Shown: positions 43,453 through 52,784 of the stretch, piece by piece
How positions within the stretch are numbered: the first letter of the stretch is position 1
Layout: each line of letters begins with the position of its first letter
From: an uncultured bacterium
Lineage (GTDB): Bacteria; Fermentibacterota; Fermentibacteria; Fermentibacterales; Fermentibacteraceae
Assembly: GCA_964564435.1 (NCBI GenBank)
Contig: CAZMAT010000004.1
Span: forward strand, 8,928-72,927
Direction of reading: 5' to 3'
DNA: 64,000 bases
The notes under the pieces: generated by a model
Databases searched by the model: none
Seen by the model: only the letters and a program-made list of their open reading frames with translations
Told to the model about the DNA's origin: nothing
Position numbers and translations under genes: made by a program

Positions 43453-43532
43453 TGGTGGGCGAAGAGGGATTCGAACCCCCGACTTCCTGCGTGTAAGGCA
43501 GGCGCTCTAACCAGCTGAGCTATTCGCCCACC
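43453..43532 (-). tRNA. tRNA-Val (anticodon TAC), CCA encoded
   Basis: The reverse complement gives GGTGGGCGAATAGCTCAGCTGGTTAGAGCGCCTGCCTTACACGCAGGAAGTCGGGGGTTCGAATCCCTCTTCGCCCACCA, with a cloverleaf and a GTTCGAATC T-loop. Confidence 0.85.
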
Positions 43533-43544
43533 GCGGCCCGAAGG

Positions 43545-43550
43545 TATAAT
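43545..43550 (+). promoter_or_regulatory. TATAAT -10 hexamer upstream of the 43595 gene, back-to-back with the tRNA-Val 5' end
   Basis: ggtataatcg. A weak -35 (TTCGCC) would overlap the tRNA gene. Confidence 0.3.
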
Positions 43551-43594
43551 CGTCACCTGTGGTGTGTGGCAACAGCAAGCCCCGGAGGCCAGCG

Positions 43595-45403
43595 ATGTCC
43601 GGTCAGGGTTCTATGTGCGAGATGGATCAGCTTCTGGGCGGAGCCTGCCCGGGGAACGTCATCTCGTCCGAGAGACGGGCCCGGCTGTATGCCCGGCTCC
43701 TGGAGGAGAGCAGGAGAGCGGGGAACATGCCCCGCGTCGTCGTCGAAACCGACGAGGACGACCTTTCGATACTCGCCGTCACCGCCACTGACTGGCCTGG
43801 CCTCGCCGCGATATGTCTGAGCGCGATGCAGTTCCACGGATGGAACCTCGATTTCGCAGAAGCCTTTGCTGTAGCCGACGGCGACATGCGCAGGGGCTTC
43901 CTGATCACCGGGATACGTGACACCGACCCCGAACGGCGGCGCGAGTTCGGGGCGGACTCCCTCAAGATGCAGAGCCTCCTCGAGAATCTGGCCGAAGGCC
44001 GATCGGACACGATGTCGCTCATGGCCAGAGCCTCCGAGAGGCTCGAGATCTTCGAGCGGATCAAGACCCAGCTCAAGGCGCACTACAAGGACAGGCCCGT
44101 GCCGGAGGTGCTGATGGGGCCCGCCGGGGAGCTGATCCTCTTCGTCTCCTCGCGCTCCGACGAGTATCTGAGGGAGCGCCGGCCGGAGGACCTCGCCCAC
44201 ATGGTCGTCACGAACCACGACCTGATCGAGGGGGTGAGGGCCAGGCGCGGAAGGGCCCTGTTCAAGATCCGCAACATACGAACGACCAGGGAGCATCTCA
44301 CCGGAATAAACATCGCCGGATACGAGAGGGACATCTCCTTCCAGGACAGCCTCACCGCGCTGAGCTTCGCCTGGCCGGGAGCGACGATAAGGCATCAGAG
44401 GCGGTACACGACCGGAGACGGGATCATCTCCATCCGGGTCGAGATGTCCGGCCCGTCGGGCCTGGCAGCCAGCCGCGAGGAGATCCGGAGGATGACGGAC
44501 ACGCTCCGGCGCCTCCTCGTGAAGAACGAGCTCGAGAGGCTCAAGAAGATCAGGCGCTATGGCGGGCGGGAACACTACGCGAGGGCTCTCATCCCGCTGC
44601 TGCTGAAGGAATGCGACACGACCGGGATGAGCCAGGCCTACATCGCGCTCGATTCCTCCTCCACCTTCTTCGCCGAACTGAAGATCCTCCTCGTCACCGC
44701 CGCGGATGGGATGGAGGATCACGACAGGAAGGTGCTCGCCCTGGTGGGCGCCATCGACAGGCTTGCCGGGATGGCCGTGGTGTCGTTCAAGTCTCCGTCG
44801 AACTACGGGCAGAGGTGGGTCGATCTTCTCGACGTAACCGTCCAGAAGGATGCCTATCACGATCTCGAGGAGGCCTACGAGGCTATCAAGCGCTGCATGG
44901 AGGAGACGATAGGGCAGTTCCGCGACTTCGACATGGGCATGCGGCTGAACGATGTGAAGCAGCTCCGCGAGATACGCGACATCCTCCCCGACATCCCCGA
45001 CAGCGCCGTGACCGACTTCTACTACTGTCTGGAGGACTTCCTCAGGGCGAGTTCACCAGTGGAGGAGCTGGGCCTCCACATCAGACTCGCATTCGAGACG
45101 CTCAGCGATGCGCTGAGAACCGGCGGTGACTGCGTACCGCCCACATCGGCCGTCGTGGTCACTGAAGGCAAGAAGGTCGCCACCCTCTTCTGCTGCATCC
45201 TGCCCGAGCACGCCCACACCTTCCAGGATCTGCTCGACGCTGTCAAGGAATACAAAGTGACGGCCAGCCTCATCGACTGGTCGGGGCTGCACTCGGTTCT
45301 CCTGAGGGTCAACGACAGGAGCGGGGCACTCTCCGATGCCGACTCGGCAAGGGTGCTCGGCATCCTGACCGGAGTCTGCAGTCGGATTCCCTCGAACGAC
45401 TGA
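43595..45403 (+). CDS. hypothetical regulatory protein with several ACT-like domains
   Basis: ATG 43595 follows GGAGG. Recurrent ACT-like units read ILAVTATDWPGLAAICLSAMQ, ISIRVEMSGPSGLAASREEI and ATLFCCILPEHAHTFQDLL. I see no catalytic motif. Confidence 0.45.
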   Translation: MSGQGSMCEMDQLLGGACPGNVISSERRARLYARLLEESRRAGNMPRVVVETDEDDLSILAVTATDWPGLAAICLSAMQFHGWNLDFAEAFAVADGDMRRGFLITGIRDTDPERRREFGADSLKMQSLLENLAEGRSDTMSLMARASERLEIFERIKTQLKAHYKDRPVPEVLMGPAGELILFVSSRSDEYLRERRPEDLAHMVVTNHDLIEGVRARRGRALFKIRNIRTTREHLTGINIAGYERDISFQDSLTALSFAWPGATIRHQRRYTTGDGIISIRVEMSGPSGLAASREEIRRMTDTLRRLLVKNELERLKKIRRYGGREHYARALIPLLLKECDTTGMSQAYIALDSSSTFFAELKILLVTAADGMEDHDRKVLALVGAIDRLAGMAVVSFKSPSNYGQRWVDLLDVTVQKDAYHDLEEAYEAIKRCMEETIGQFRDFDMGMRLNDVKQLREIRDILPDIPDSAVTDFYYCLEDFLRASSPVEELGLHIRLAFETLSDALRTGGDCVPPTSAVVVTEGKKVATLFCCILPEHAHTFQDLLDAVKEYKVTASLIDWSGLHSVLLRVNDRSGALSDADSARVLGILTGVCSRIPSND

Positions 45404-45427
45404 TCCTCGGCCGGCAGCGCGTTCTTC

Positions 45428-45456
45428 TTGACAGCGGGCGGAGCGTTTAGCTAGTT
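45428..45456 (+). promoter_or_regulatory. candidate promoter for tRNA(CAT): TTGACA-18-TAGTTT
   Basis: A perfect -35 is present. The tRNA starts about 10 nt after the -10. Confidence 0.4.
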
Positions 45457-45467
45457 TCACGCCCCGT

Positions 45468-45543
45468 GGCGGCGTAGCTCAGTTGGTAGAGCAGAGGAAT
45501 CATAATCCTCGGGTCAGGGGTTCAAGTCCCTTCGCCGCTACCA
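45468..45543 (+). tRNA. tRNA with CAT anticodon (elongator Met or, given adjacent tilS, possibly tRNA-Ile2/lysidine), CCA encoded
   Basis: Sequence GGCGGCGTAGCTCAGTTGGTAGAGCAGAGGAATCATAATCCTCGGGTCAGGGGTTCAAGTCCCTTCGCCGCTACCA. The anticodon stem GAGGA/TCCTC is not initiator-type. Confidence 0.85.
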
Positions 45544-45679
45544 GGTCTTGAAGGGGGGCTTAGTGCCCCCTTTCGCATCTCTGCCCTCGATCGATGCATC
45601 CGGTTGTCGAACATGCCATCATGCGCACATCCGTCGGGGTCCGGCCATGTGGCTGGCGCGGGAGGCATATAATAGGCGG

Positions 45680-46636
45680 ATGAAACGGGCTCTGGAGCTG
45701 CGCTTCATCGATACCGTCAAGCGGGAGGGGCTGCTCCCCCGCGGGCACTCCGTGATCGCCGCGGTCTCCGGAGGCGCCGATTCGATCTGCCTCCTCGACA
45801 TGCTGCTCCGGTTCCGCCGACACATGGCCTGGAAGCTCTCGGTGCTCCACGTCGACCATTCCTACAGGAAAGCCAGCGTTTCGGACGCATCCTTCGTCGA
45901 GGATATGGCGAAGGCAGCGGGGCTGCCCTTCATCCTGCGGAAGCTCCCGGTCAGGGGCAGGAGCTCCTCTCCGGAGGCGGACTTCAGCACGGCGCGACAG
46001 ATCATCTACGAGGAGGCCGCCGGCGACGGGCTGGTCGCAGTAGGCCACACCGCGTCCGACCGCGCCGAAACCCTCCTGATGAGGCTCGTCGAAGGTGCAG
46101 GGCTCAGGGGCCTCGGCGGGATGGACTACTTCGGCGTCGGTCCCGTCAGACGACCTCTTCTCGACATGACTGCGCGCGAGACGAGAGCTTATCTGCGCGA
46201 AAGGGGCGAGGTCTGGATCGAGGACGAGACCAATTCGGACCCGGGATTCCTCCGGAACAGGATCAGGCGTGATATTCTCGAGCCTCTCGAGGACGCCCTG
46301 CCCGGAGTGTCGAGGAGGATCGCATCCTCTTCGGCCAGCCTCGGTTCCTGGCGCCGGGTCGCCGAAGGCCTGACGACGGCGGCCGTCGGCAGGCTGGGCG
46401 GAGAGGGGAACGTGCTCGACAGGCGCGTATTCGTGAGATATGAGAAGGCGCTGAGGCAGTCTGTCCTCTGGGAGCTGTGCGGCAGGCCGAGGTCGGGTTC
46501 GGCCGAGATCGACAAGACCGATGCCTGGCTGCTCGCAGGCGGCTGTGGAGAGAGGCTCCTCCCCGGGGGCGCCGTATTGACCGCCGGGCCTGAAACACTG
46601 CTCTTCTCGCGGAAGGGAGGCGGGCGATGGAGATGA
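45680..46636 (+). CDS. tilS: tRNA(Ile)-lysidine synthetase
   Basis: It has the PP-loop SGGADS. The start could alternatively be ATG 45647. Confidence 0.8.
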   Translation: MKRALELRFIDTVKREGLLPRGHSVIAAVSGGADSICLLDMLLRFRRHMAWKLSVLHVDHSYRKASVSDASFVEDMAKAAGLPFILRKLPVRGRSSSPEADFSTARQIIYEEAAGDGLVAVGHTASDRAETLLMRLVEGAGLRGLGGMDYFGVGPVRRPLLDMTARETRAYLRERGEVWIEDETNSDPGFLRNRIRRDILEPLEDALPGVSRRIASSSASLGSWRRVAEGLTTAAVGRLGGEGNVLDRRVFVRYEKALRQSVLWELCGRPRSGSAEIDKTDAWLLAGGCGERLLPGGAVLTAGPETLLFSRKGGGRWR

Positions 46637-47163
46637 ACGCGGAATGCCACGAGATACTGATCCACCGGGAGGAGATAGCCCGCCGGACCGGGATGATCGC
46701 TCGCGAGATCACCGAGCTTTACCGCGGAGAGACTCCGGTCCTCATGCCTCTCCTGAAGGGTGCCTTCGTCTTCGCCGCCGATCTGGCGAGGCGGATCGAA
46801 CTCGACGTGGAAGTGGAGTTCCTGGGGGCTTCCAGCTACGGAGGAGCGACCGAGACCTCGGGCGAGATAAGGCTGACCCTGGATACCTCCACCCCCCTCT
46901 CGGGCCGCCATGTGCTTATCGTGGAGGATATTGTGGACACGGGCCTCACCCTGGCGTATATTCAGAAGCTCGTCCGCTCTCGCGGCGTCGCGTCCCTTCG
47001 CACGGCCGTCCTGCTGGACAAGCGCTGCCGGAGGAGGGTGGAGGTCGACCTGGACTGGGTCGGCTTCGTCATCCCGGACAGATTCGTCTTCGGATACGGG
47101 CTGGACGGCCCGGGCGGCCTGTACAGGAACCTGCCGGACATCACGGCCCTTCCAGCGGAGTGA
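46627..47163 (+). CDS. hpt: hypoxanthine-guanine phosphoribosyltransferase
   Basis: It has the PRPP-binding motif VLIVEDIVDTGLT. The tilS-hpt-ftsH order is conserved. Confidence 0.85.
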   Translation: MEMNAECHEILIHREEIARRTGMIAREITELYRGETPVLMPLLKGAFVFAADLARRIELDVEVEFLGASSYGGATETSGEIRLTLDTSTPLSGRHVLIVEDIVDTGLTLAYIQKLVRSRGVASLRTAVLLDKRCRRRVEVDLDWVGFVIPDRFVFGYGLDGPGGLYRNLPDITALPAE

Positions 47164-47167
47164 ATAG

Positions 47168-49150
47168 ATGACCGACAACAAGCAGCCCGAGAAGCCAGGC
47201 CTTCCGCCGGTCCAGTTCGGCTGTTCCTTCCGCACCCTGACTCTCTGGATCCTGATCGTCCTCCTGGTCTACACGGTCTTCTCGATCTTCTCGGGCGCCT
47301 CCGGCGCCATAGATCTGCCCTACACGAGCTTCCTCGACCTCGTATCCACCGGGCACGTAGAGAAGGTGGTCATCGAGACAGGGGGATCGTTGTCGGGCGA
47401 CTTCTACGAGCCCGTCACGGTCGAGGGCGTGGAGTACGAGAGATTCACGAGCTTCGTCCCGCTCGAGGACCGCGCCGTGATCGACTCTCTTCAGGCACAC
47501 GGAGTCCGCATCGAGGCCAGGCCTCCGAGCATGGACTTCCTCCAGATAATGCTCAGCATCGCCCCCATCCTTCTCCTCATCGGGTTCTGGGTGTACTTCA
47601 TGCGCAACGCGGGAGGCGGCGGTAAGGCCTTCTCCTTCGGCCGCAGCCGGGCCCGCCTCTTCAGCGCCGACAGGCCCAAGACCACCTTCACCGACGTCGC
47701 CGGGGTGGACGAGGCCAAGGAGGAGCTGAAGGAAGTCATAGAATTCCTCAAGTCCCCCAAGAAGTTCCAGCGCCTGGGCGGCAAGGTGCCCAGGGGCGTT
47801 CTGCTGGTTGGCCCTCCGGGCACCGGCAAGACGCTGCTCGCCAAGGCCGTGGCCGGCGAGGCCGACGTCCCGTTCTTCTCCATGAGCGGTTCCGATTTCG
47901 TCGAGATGTTCGTGGGAGTGGGCGCCAGCCGCGTGAGGGACCTGTTCGCGCAGGGCAAGGCCAAGGCCCCCTGCATCATCTTCATCGACGAGATCGACGC
48001 GGTGGGCAGGCACAGGGGCGCCGGGCTCGGCGGGGGGCACGACGAGCGCGAGCAGACCCTGAACGCCCTCCTCGTGGAGATGGACGGCTTCGAGTCCAAC
48101 GAGGGCGTCATAGTCATGGCTGCCACCAACAGGCCGGACGTGCTCGATCCCGCCCTGCTCCGGCCCGGCAGGTTCGACAGGAACGTGATGGTCTCGATGC
48201 CCGACGTGAAGGGGCGGGAGGCCATTCTAAAGGTGCACACCCGCAAGATGCCCCTCGAACAGGGCGTCACCCTGGAGAAGATCGCGAGGGCCACACCGGG
48301 TTTCAGCGGCGCAGACCTCGAGAGCCTGGCGAACGAGGCCGCGCTCAGGGCGGCTCGCAGGAACGCCAAGAAGATCGAGCAGGAGGACTTCGAGTACGCG
48401 ATCGACAGGATCGTGATGGGCATAGAGCGCCGCAGCATGGTGATAAGCCCCGAGGAGAAGAAGCTGACGGCCATCCACGAGACGGGCCATGCGCTGGTCA
48501 GCCGCTTCACCCCCAACATGGACCCCGTGCACAAGGTTACGATCGTGCCCCGCGGGCGCGCCCTCGGCGTGACGAGCTTCCTGCCTCTCGACGACAGGCA
48601 CAACTACTCGCTCGAATACTGCAGGGGCGTCCTGGCGAGGCTCCTGGGAGGCCGGGCCGCGGAGACCATCTTCCTCGACACACTGAGTACCGGGGCCGGG
48701 AACGACCTCGAGAAGGCCACCGCACTCGCCAGGCGGATGATCTGCGAGTGGGGCATGAGCGAGGTGCTCGGCCCGGTGACGCTGGGCGAGACGGGCGAGC
48801 CGATCTTCCTCGGCAGGGACATGGGCAGGATGCGCAACTACAGCGAGCACACCGCCCAGGTGATAGACGAGGAGATCAAGCGCCTGGTGGACGAGGCCTA
48901 TGTCGCCGCGGAACGCATCCTGGGCGCGCACAGGGAGCTAGCGCTGAAGATGACCGACGTGCTCCTCGAGCAGGAGACCATGTCCAGCGAGGAGATCGAC
49001 GCTCTCGTCGACGGCGGGGAGCCCGGCGGGGCGGTGCAGCAGGAGCCGGAACCCGAACCGGTGCCGGAGCATGAACCGGGCGAGGAGCCGCAGGCTCCTT
49101 CGCAGGAGGACGATCCGGATGGATCTGGGGAAGATCGAGCAGGGAGTTAG
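47168..49150 (+). CDS. ftsH: ATP-dependent zinc metalloprotease FtsH
   Basis: Two TM helices are followed by the AAA motifs GPPGTGKT and DEIDA, the SRH, the HEXGH zinc site HETGHAL and an acidic C-terminal tail. Confidence 0.95.
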   Translation: MTDNKQPEKPGLPPVQFGCSFRTLTLWILIVLLVYTVFSIFSGASGAIDLPYTSFLDLVSTGHVEKVVIETGGSLSGDFYEPVTVEGVEYERFTSFVPLEDRAVIDSLQAHGVRIEARPPSMDFLQIMLSIAPILLLIGFWVYFMRNAGGGGKAFSFGRSRARLFSADRPKTTFTDVAGVDEAKEELKEVIEFLKSPKKFQRLGGKVPRGVLLVGPPGTGKTLLAKAVAGEADVPFFSMSGSDFVEMFVGVGASRVRDLFAQGKAKAPCIIFIDEIDAVGRHRGAGLGGGHDEREQTLNALLVEMDGFESNEGVIVMAATNRPDVLDPALLRPGRFDRNVMVSMPDVKGREAILKVHTRKMPLEQGVTLEKIARATPGFSGADLESLANEAALRAARRNAKKIEQEDFEYAIDRIVMGIERRSMVISPEEKKLTAIHETGHALVSRFTPNMDPVHKVTIVPRGRALGVTSFLPLDDRHNYSLEYCRGVLARLLGGRAAETIFLDTLSTGAGNDLEKATALARRMICEWGMSEVLGPVTLGETGEPIFLGRDMGRMRNYSEHTAQVIDEEIKRLVDEAYVAAERILGAHRELALKMTDVLLEQETMSSEEIDALVDGGEPGGAVQQEPEPEPVPEHEPGEEPQAPSQEDDPDGSGEDRAGS

Positions 49151-49688
49151 ACTCATCCTCGAGGGGATAGGCGAGGACCTCCAGCGCGAGGGCCTGGTGG
49201 ACACCCCCTGCAGGACCGCGAAATCGTTCGCCGAGCTCTGCAGGGGCATGGATCCCGCCAGCGCCAGGTCGATCAGGACCTTCCACGCCGAGGGCCACAA
49301 CGAGCTGGTCATAGTGAAGGACATCAGCTTCTCGTCCATGTGCGAGCACCACCTGCTGCCCTACGTGGGCAGATGCGACGTGATCTACCTGCCCGCCGAC
49401 GACAGGATCGCGGGCCTGAGCGCGATCGTGGAGACCGTCGAGACGATGGCCGCCAGGCTCACCACCCAGGAGAGGCTCACCACCGAGATCGCGGACAGGC
49501 TGATGCAGGAGATCCAGGCCAGGGGCGTGATGGTCGTGATGGAGGCCGAGCACATGTGCCTCGCGATCAGGGGCGTGCGCAAGCGCGACTCGCGGATCGT
49601 CACGTCCGCCATGAGGGGCTATCTCCGCAGGCTGACCACCCGCAGCGAAGCCCTCGCGCTCATCGGCCGATCGACGAGCGTGAGATGA
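49119..49688 (+). CDS. folE: GTP cyclohydrolase I
   Basis: ATG 49119 follows GGAGGA. Motifs are SMCEHHLLP and [10 protein letters not shown]. Confidence 0.9.
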   Translation: MDLGKIEQGVRLILEGIGEDLQREGLVDTPCRTAKSFAELCRGMDPASARSIRTFHAEGHNELVIVKDISFSSMCEHHLLPYVGRCDVIYLPADDRIAGLSAIVETVETMAARLTTQERLTTEIADRLMQEIQARGVMVVMEAEHMCLAIRGVRKRDSRIVTSAMRGYLRRLTTRSEALALIGRSTSVR

Positions 49689-50884
49689 TCAGGCGCCTCC
49701 GCCTCGCCTCCCCCTCGGACTGGAGGTTCGAGCTGGAGCAGGTCGAGGCGGACCCCGGCTGCTGGGACAGGGTCGCCGCCCGGGCTGCCGTCGAGGTCTT
49801 GAAGGCGGGCCCGCTCCGGACTCCCGCCGCCAACATCCTCAAGCAGTGCATGCTCGCCGCCGGAGCCGACGCCATCGTAGCCCGCGGCTGCATCGACGCC
49901 TCCGTCGCCAGCAGCATGGCCCTGGTCCTGGGCACACCCAGACAGCTCAGGCTGGCCGCGGCCTCCCTGGAGGGCCAGCCCTTCGGCCTCCCGGAACTGG
50001 GCCGCTCCATCCTCGGACTCCTTCTTCCATGTCACCACAGGGACTGTCTGGCCCTTCGCTCGGGTACTCTCTCGTTCACCGACCGTCCTGCCGTCATGGG
50101 CATTCTCAACATCACCCCGGACTCGTTCTCCGACGGCGGGCTCTACCTCGACCCGCAGGCGGCCTCGGACAGAGCGGTGGAGATGCGGGCGCAGGGTGCC
50201 TCGATCGTCGACGTGGGTGCCGAATCCACCCGCCCCGGGTCCCTTCGCGTGCCGTCGGCGATCCAGAGGGAGAGGATCATCCCCGTCGTCAGGGAGATCA
50301 GGCGGCGCGACCCAGGCCTCCCCCTCTCGGTGGACACCTCCGACCCCGACACCGCCAGGGCCGCGGTCGACGAGGGAGTGGACATGATCAACGATGTCAC
50401 AGCCCTCTCGGAGCCGGGCATGGCCGAGCTCGCCACCTCGACCGGGACCCCCGTGGTCCTGATGCACATGAAGGGCCGCCCGCGCGACATGCAGGCCTCC
50501 CCATCCTACGACGACGTGATCGGGGAGATTGTCTCCTTCCTCGAGGAGCGCATCGCCTATGCGTGCGCCGCCGGGGTCCCGCGCTCGCACATCCTGGTCG
50601 ACCCGGGCATCGGGTTCGGCAAGAGGCTCCAGGACAACCTAGCGATCGTGAGGAGGCTCGGGGAGTTCAGATGCCTCGGCGTCCCCGTGGTGCTCGGGCA
50701 TTCGCGCAAGAGCTTCCTCGGAACCGTCACCGGAGAGGGCGGGGCCTCGGACAGGGATCCGGCGACCGCCGCGCTGTCCGCCCTGGCCGCCCGTGACGCC
50801 GACATGCTCAGGGTGCATGATGTCGCCGCCACGGTGCAGGCAGTGAAAGTGGCCATGGCAGTCCACGGAGGTCCGCCGGAGTGA
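49685..50884 (+). CDS. folP: dihydropteroate synthase with ~130-aa N-terminal extension of unknown function
   Basis: ATGA overlaps folE. The C-terminal ~270 aa are pterin-binding (GILNITPDSFSDGG, DVGAESTRPG, SVDT, GIGFGK). The N-terminal 130 aa have no DHPS homology. Confidence 0.85.
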   Translation: MIRRLRLASPSDWRFELEQVEADPGCWDRVAARAAVEVLKAGPLRTPAANILKQCMLAAGADAIVARGCIDASVASSMALVLGTPRQLRLAAASLEGQPFGLPELGRSILGLLLPCHHRDCLALRSGTLSFTDRPAVMGILNITPDSFSDGGLYLDPQAASDRAVEMRAQGASIVDVGAESTRPGSLRVPSAIQRERIIPVVREIRRRDPGLPLSVDTSDPDTARAAVDEGVDMINDVTALSEPGMAELATSTGTPVVLMHMKGRPRDMQASPSYDDVIGEIVSFLEERIAYACAAGVPRSHILVDPGIGFGKRLQDNLAIVRRLGEFRCLGVPVVLGHSRKSFLGTVTGEGGASDRDPATAALSALAARDADMLRVHDVAATVQAVKVAMAVHGGPPE

Positions 50885-51663
50885 TCATCGAGCCCCTGGG
50901 CCACCCGATCCTGAGCGGTTTCTGGCTCGCCCAGCTCGCCGACATCACGATAGTCGCCATCGTCGCCAGGGCGGTCATCAGGTCGATCTGGCGAACGCCC
51001 GCCATGTCCATCGTGCTCGTCTTCCTCGGGGTCCTGGTGAGCGGCATCGTTCTTCGGGAGCTCCAGTTCTTCACCGTCGGCTACCTCCTCGAGAGCCTGA
51101 GCGGCGTGCTCTTCATCACTTCGGTCGTCATCTTCCACGAGGACATCAGGAACATCCTGCTCGAACAGGGGCGGAAGCTGTCGGCCAGGCTGCGAAGCCG
51201 CCCGGCCCTCACCGGGCGCGAGACCGTCGAGGCCGTTGTCAGCTCCTGCGTCGTCCTCAGGCGCAGGAAGCTCGGCGCCATCATCGTCATCGAGAGGAAC
51301 GACCTGCTCGACAACTACTATCGCGAGGGCCTCGAGCTCGACAATCTGCGTGTCGTCCCCGAGGTGGTGGCCTCGATGCTCCAGCCGCCAGGCCCTCTGC
51401 ACGACGGCGCGCTAGTGATCAGGAACGACAGGCTGGTAAGGGCGTCCACGTTCCTCCCCCTGGCCGAGTACACGCGCTTCAAGCTCAAGCTCGGCGCGAG
51501 GCACAGGGCCGCCCTTGGGCTGGCCGAGCGCTCGGATGCCGTTGTAGTGATAGTCAGCGAAGAGTCGGGCGACTTCAGGATCGCCCACGACGGGCTCCTC
51601 GACGGACCCCACAGCGAAGAGGTCCTCCGCGAGGAACTCCTCGCGCTGACAGGGAACGCATGA
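50881..51663 (+). CDS. cdaA: diadenylate cyclase CdaA (DisA_N/DAC domain, N-terminal TM helices)
   Basis: It has three TM segments. The DAC motifs are DGALVIR and RHRAALGL. Confidence 0.85.
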   Translation: MIIEPLGHPILSGFWLAQLADITIVAIVARAVIRSIWRTPAMSIVLVFLGVLVSGIVLRELQFFTVGYLLESLSGVLFITSVVIFHEDIRNILLEQGRKLSARLRSRPALTGRETVEAVVSSCVVLRRRKLGAIIVIERNDLLDNYYREGLELDNLRVVPEVVASMLQPPGPLHDGALVIRNDRLVRASTFLPLAEYTRFKLKLGARHRAALGLAERSDAVVVIVSEESGDFRIAHDGLLDGPHSEEVLREELLALTGNA

Positions 51664-52487
51664 CGCCCACGGACCGCATCGACGCCCTTTCTGCGACAGT
51701 CTCCGCAGAGGCCCGCGCGGCAGTTGCCGAAGCCGCTGCCCTGGCCGAGCCGGAGTTCTCCGCCATCCTTTCTAGGTCTCTGGATGCCGCCTCGGTCGGC
51801 CTCGATCTGTGCCTCGTATCCTGCGCCTCGGCGAGATGGGCCGGGGGAGAACCGGAGGAGGGCATTCCCGGAGCCGTCGCCGCCCACATCCTCGACGCAG
51901 CAGTGGCCAGCCACCTGACGCTCCCCGGGTTCATGCTCGACATGCCAGTGGAATCGATGTGGTCGGAGTGCGGCGAGGCCTCGGCGATCCTTGCCGGAGA
52001 CGCCCTGGTCCCGGCCGCGATGGGCTATCTCGCCTCGAAGGGCGGGCTGAACGCGAACAGGCTCGTAGGAGCCGCAGCAACGCTCCTTTGCGGGAGCATC
52101 CTGCCGGGTTTCTCATCCGAGCTCTCCCTGCGCGACAAGCGGAAGACCGACCTGCAGGAGCGCGAGAACGCCTGGCGCAGGCACTCCGGAGGGCTTGCGA
52201 GATTCGCTGCAGAGGCAGGTGCGGTACTTGCCGGCGCCGACGGGCGGACTGCTGACGGGGCGGCCCGCACGGGGCTGGAGCTGGGCCGTGCTGTTGATCT
52301 GGTCAGGCTTCCGGGATGCCCCTCGCGCCACGGCTCGCCGGTGGCGGAGAGGGTGGCCGACGCACGCTCAGCGCTCTCGGCTCTGGCCGACTCACTCGCC
52401 GGCGACTCCCGCGCCGACCTCCTCGTCGAACTCATCGCCCGCATCGACTCGTCGTTCGAGGGCGCCGACCTCTTCTCACAGAACTGA
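51660..52487 (+). CDS. hypothetical protein with isoprenyl-diphosphate-synthase-like helical pattern but no DDxxD motifs; occupies the position usually held by cdaR
   Basis: ATGA couples it to cdaA. The sequence AILAGDALVPAAMGYLA resembles polyprenyl synthase helices, but both Asp-rich motifs are absent. Confidence 0.4.
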   Translation: MTPTDRIDALSATVSAEARAAVAEAAALAEPEFSAILSRSLDAASVGLDLCLVSCASARWAGGEPEEGIPGAVAAHILDAAVASHLTLPGFMLDMPVESMWSECGEASAILAGDALVPAAMGYLASKGGLNANRLVGAAATLLCGSILPGFSSELSLRDKRKTDLQERENAWRRHSGGLARFAAEAGAVLAGADGRTADGAARTGLELGRAVDLVRLPGCPSRHGSPVAERVADARSALSALADSLAGDSRADLLVELIARIDSSFEGADLFSQN

Positions 52488-52490
52488 GCC

Positions 52491-52529
52491 CCCCCGGCCC
52501 CTTTCTGGTTTGAAATGCTTGACTTGCAC
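52491..52529 (+). promoter_or_regulatory. conserved intergenic element, copy 2 (cccccccggcccctttctggtttgaAatgcTTGACTtgca)
   Basis: It matches 43006-43054. It sits directly after the stop of the 51660 gene and starts a 290-bp AT-richer leader before the radical-SAM-like gene. Confidence 0.4.
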
Positions 52530-52601
52530 CACCATCTTATTTCATCGCACTGATATTACCGTTGCTCTGCTCGCCGGTCGGGTCCGCTCGATCCGAAGTT
52601 C

Positions 52602-52784
52602 ATGCCAGGTTCGGGTTGCTCAGATGCAAAGGTCTGTTTGGCAGAGCCATTGCTTGACGGCTGTTCCCTGCGGCCACATTGTAAAAGTGTTCAATTCCTG
52701 ATCCGTTCGAATCGCGGAATAGCCGGTTTCCGACCGGCCGATCCGGCCCGGAACGGTGAAGCATCAGAGGGAAGGCTGCCATGA
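52602..52784 (+). CDS. possible 60-aa Cys-containing small ORF translationally coupled (ATGA) to the downstream radical-SAM-like gene; coding status uncertain
   Basis: MPGSGCSDAKVCLAEPLLDGCSLRPHCKSVQF... has 4 Cys. Its stop overlaps ATG 52781. The SD is weak and GC3 is lower than in neighbouring genes. Confidence 0.25.
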   Translation: MPGSGCSDAKVCLAEPLLDGCSLRPHCKSVQFLIRSNRGIAGFRPADPARNGEASEGRLP

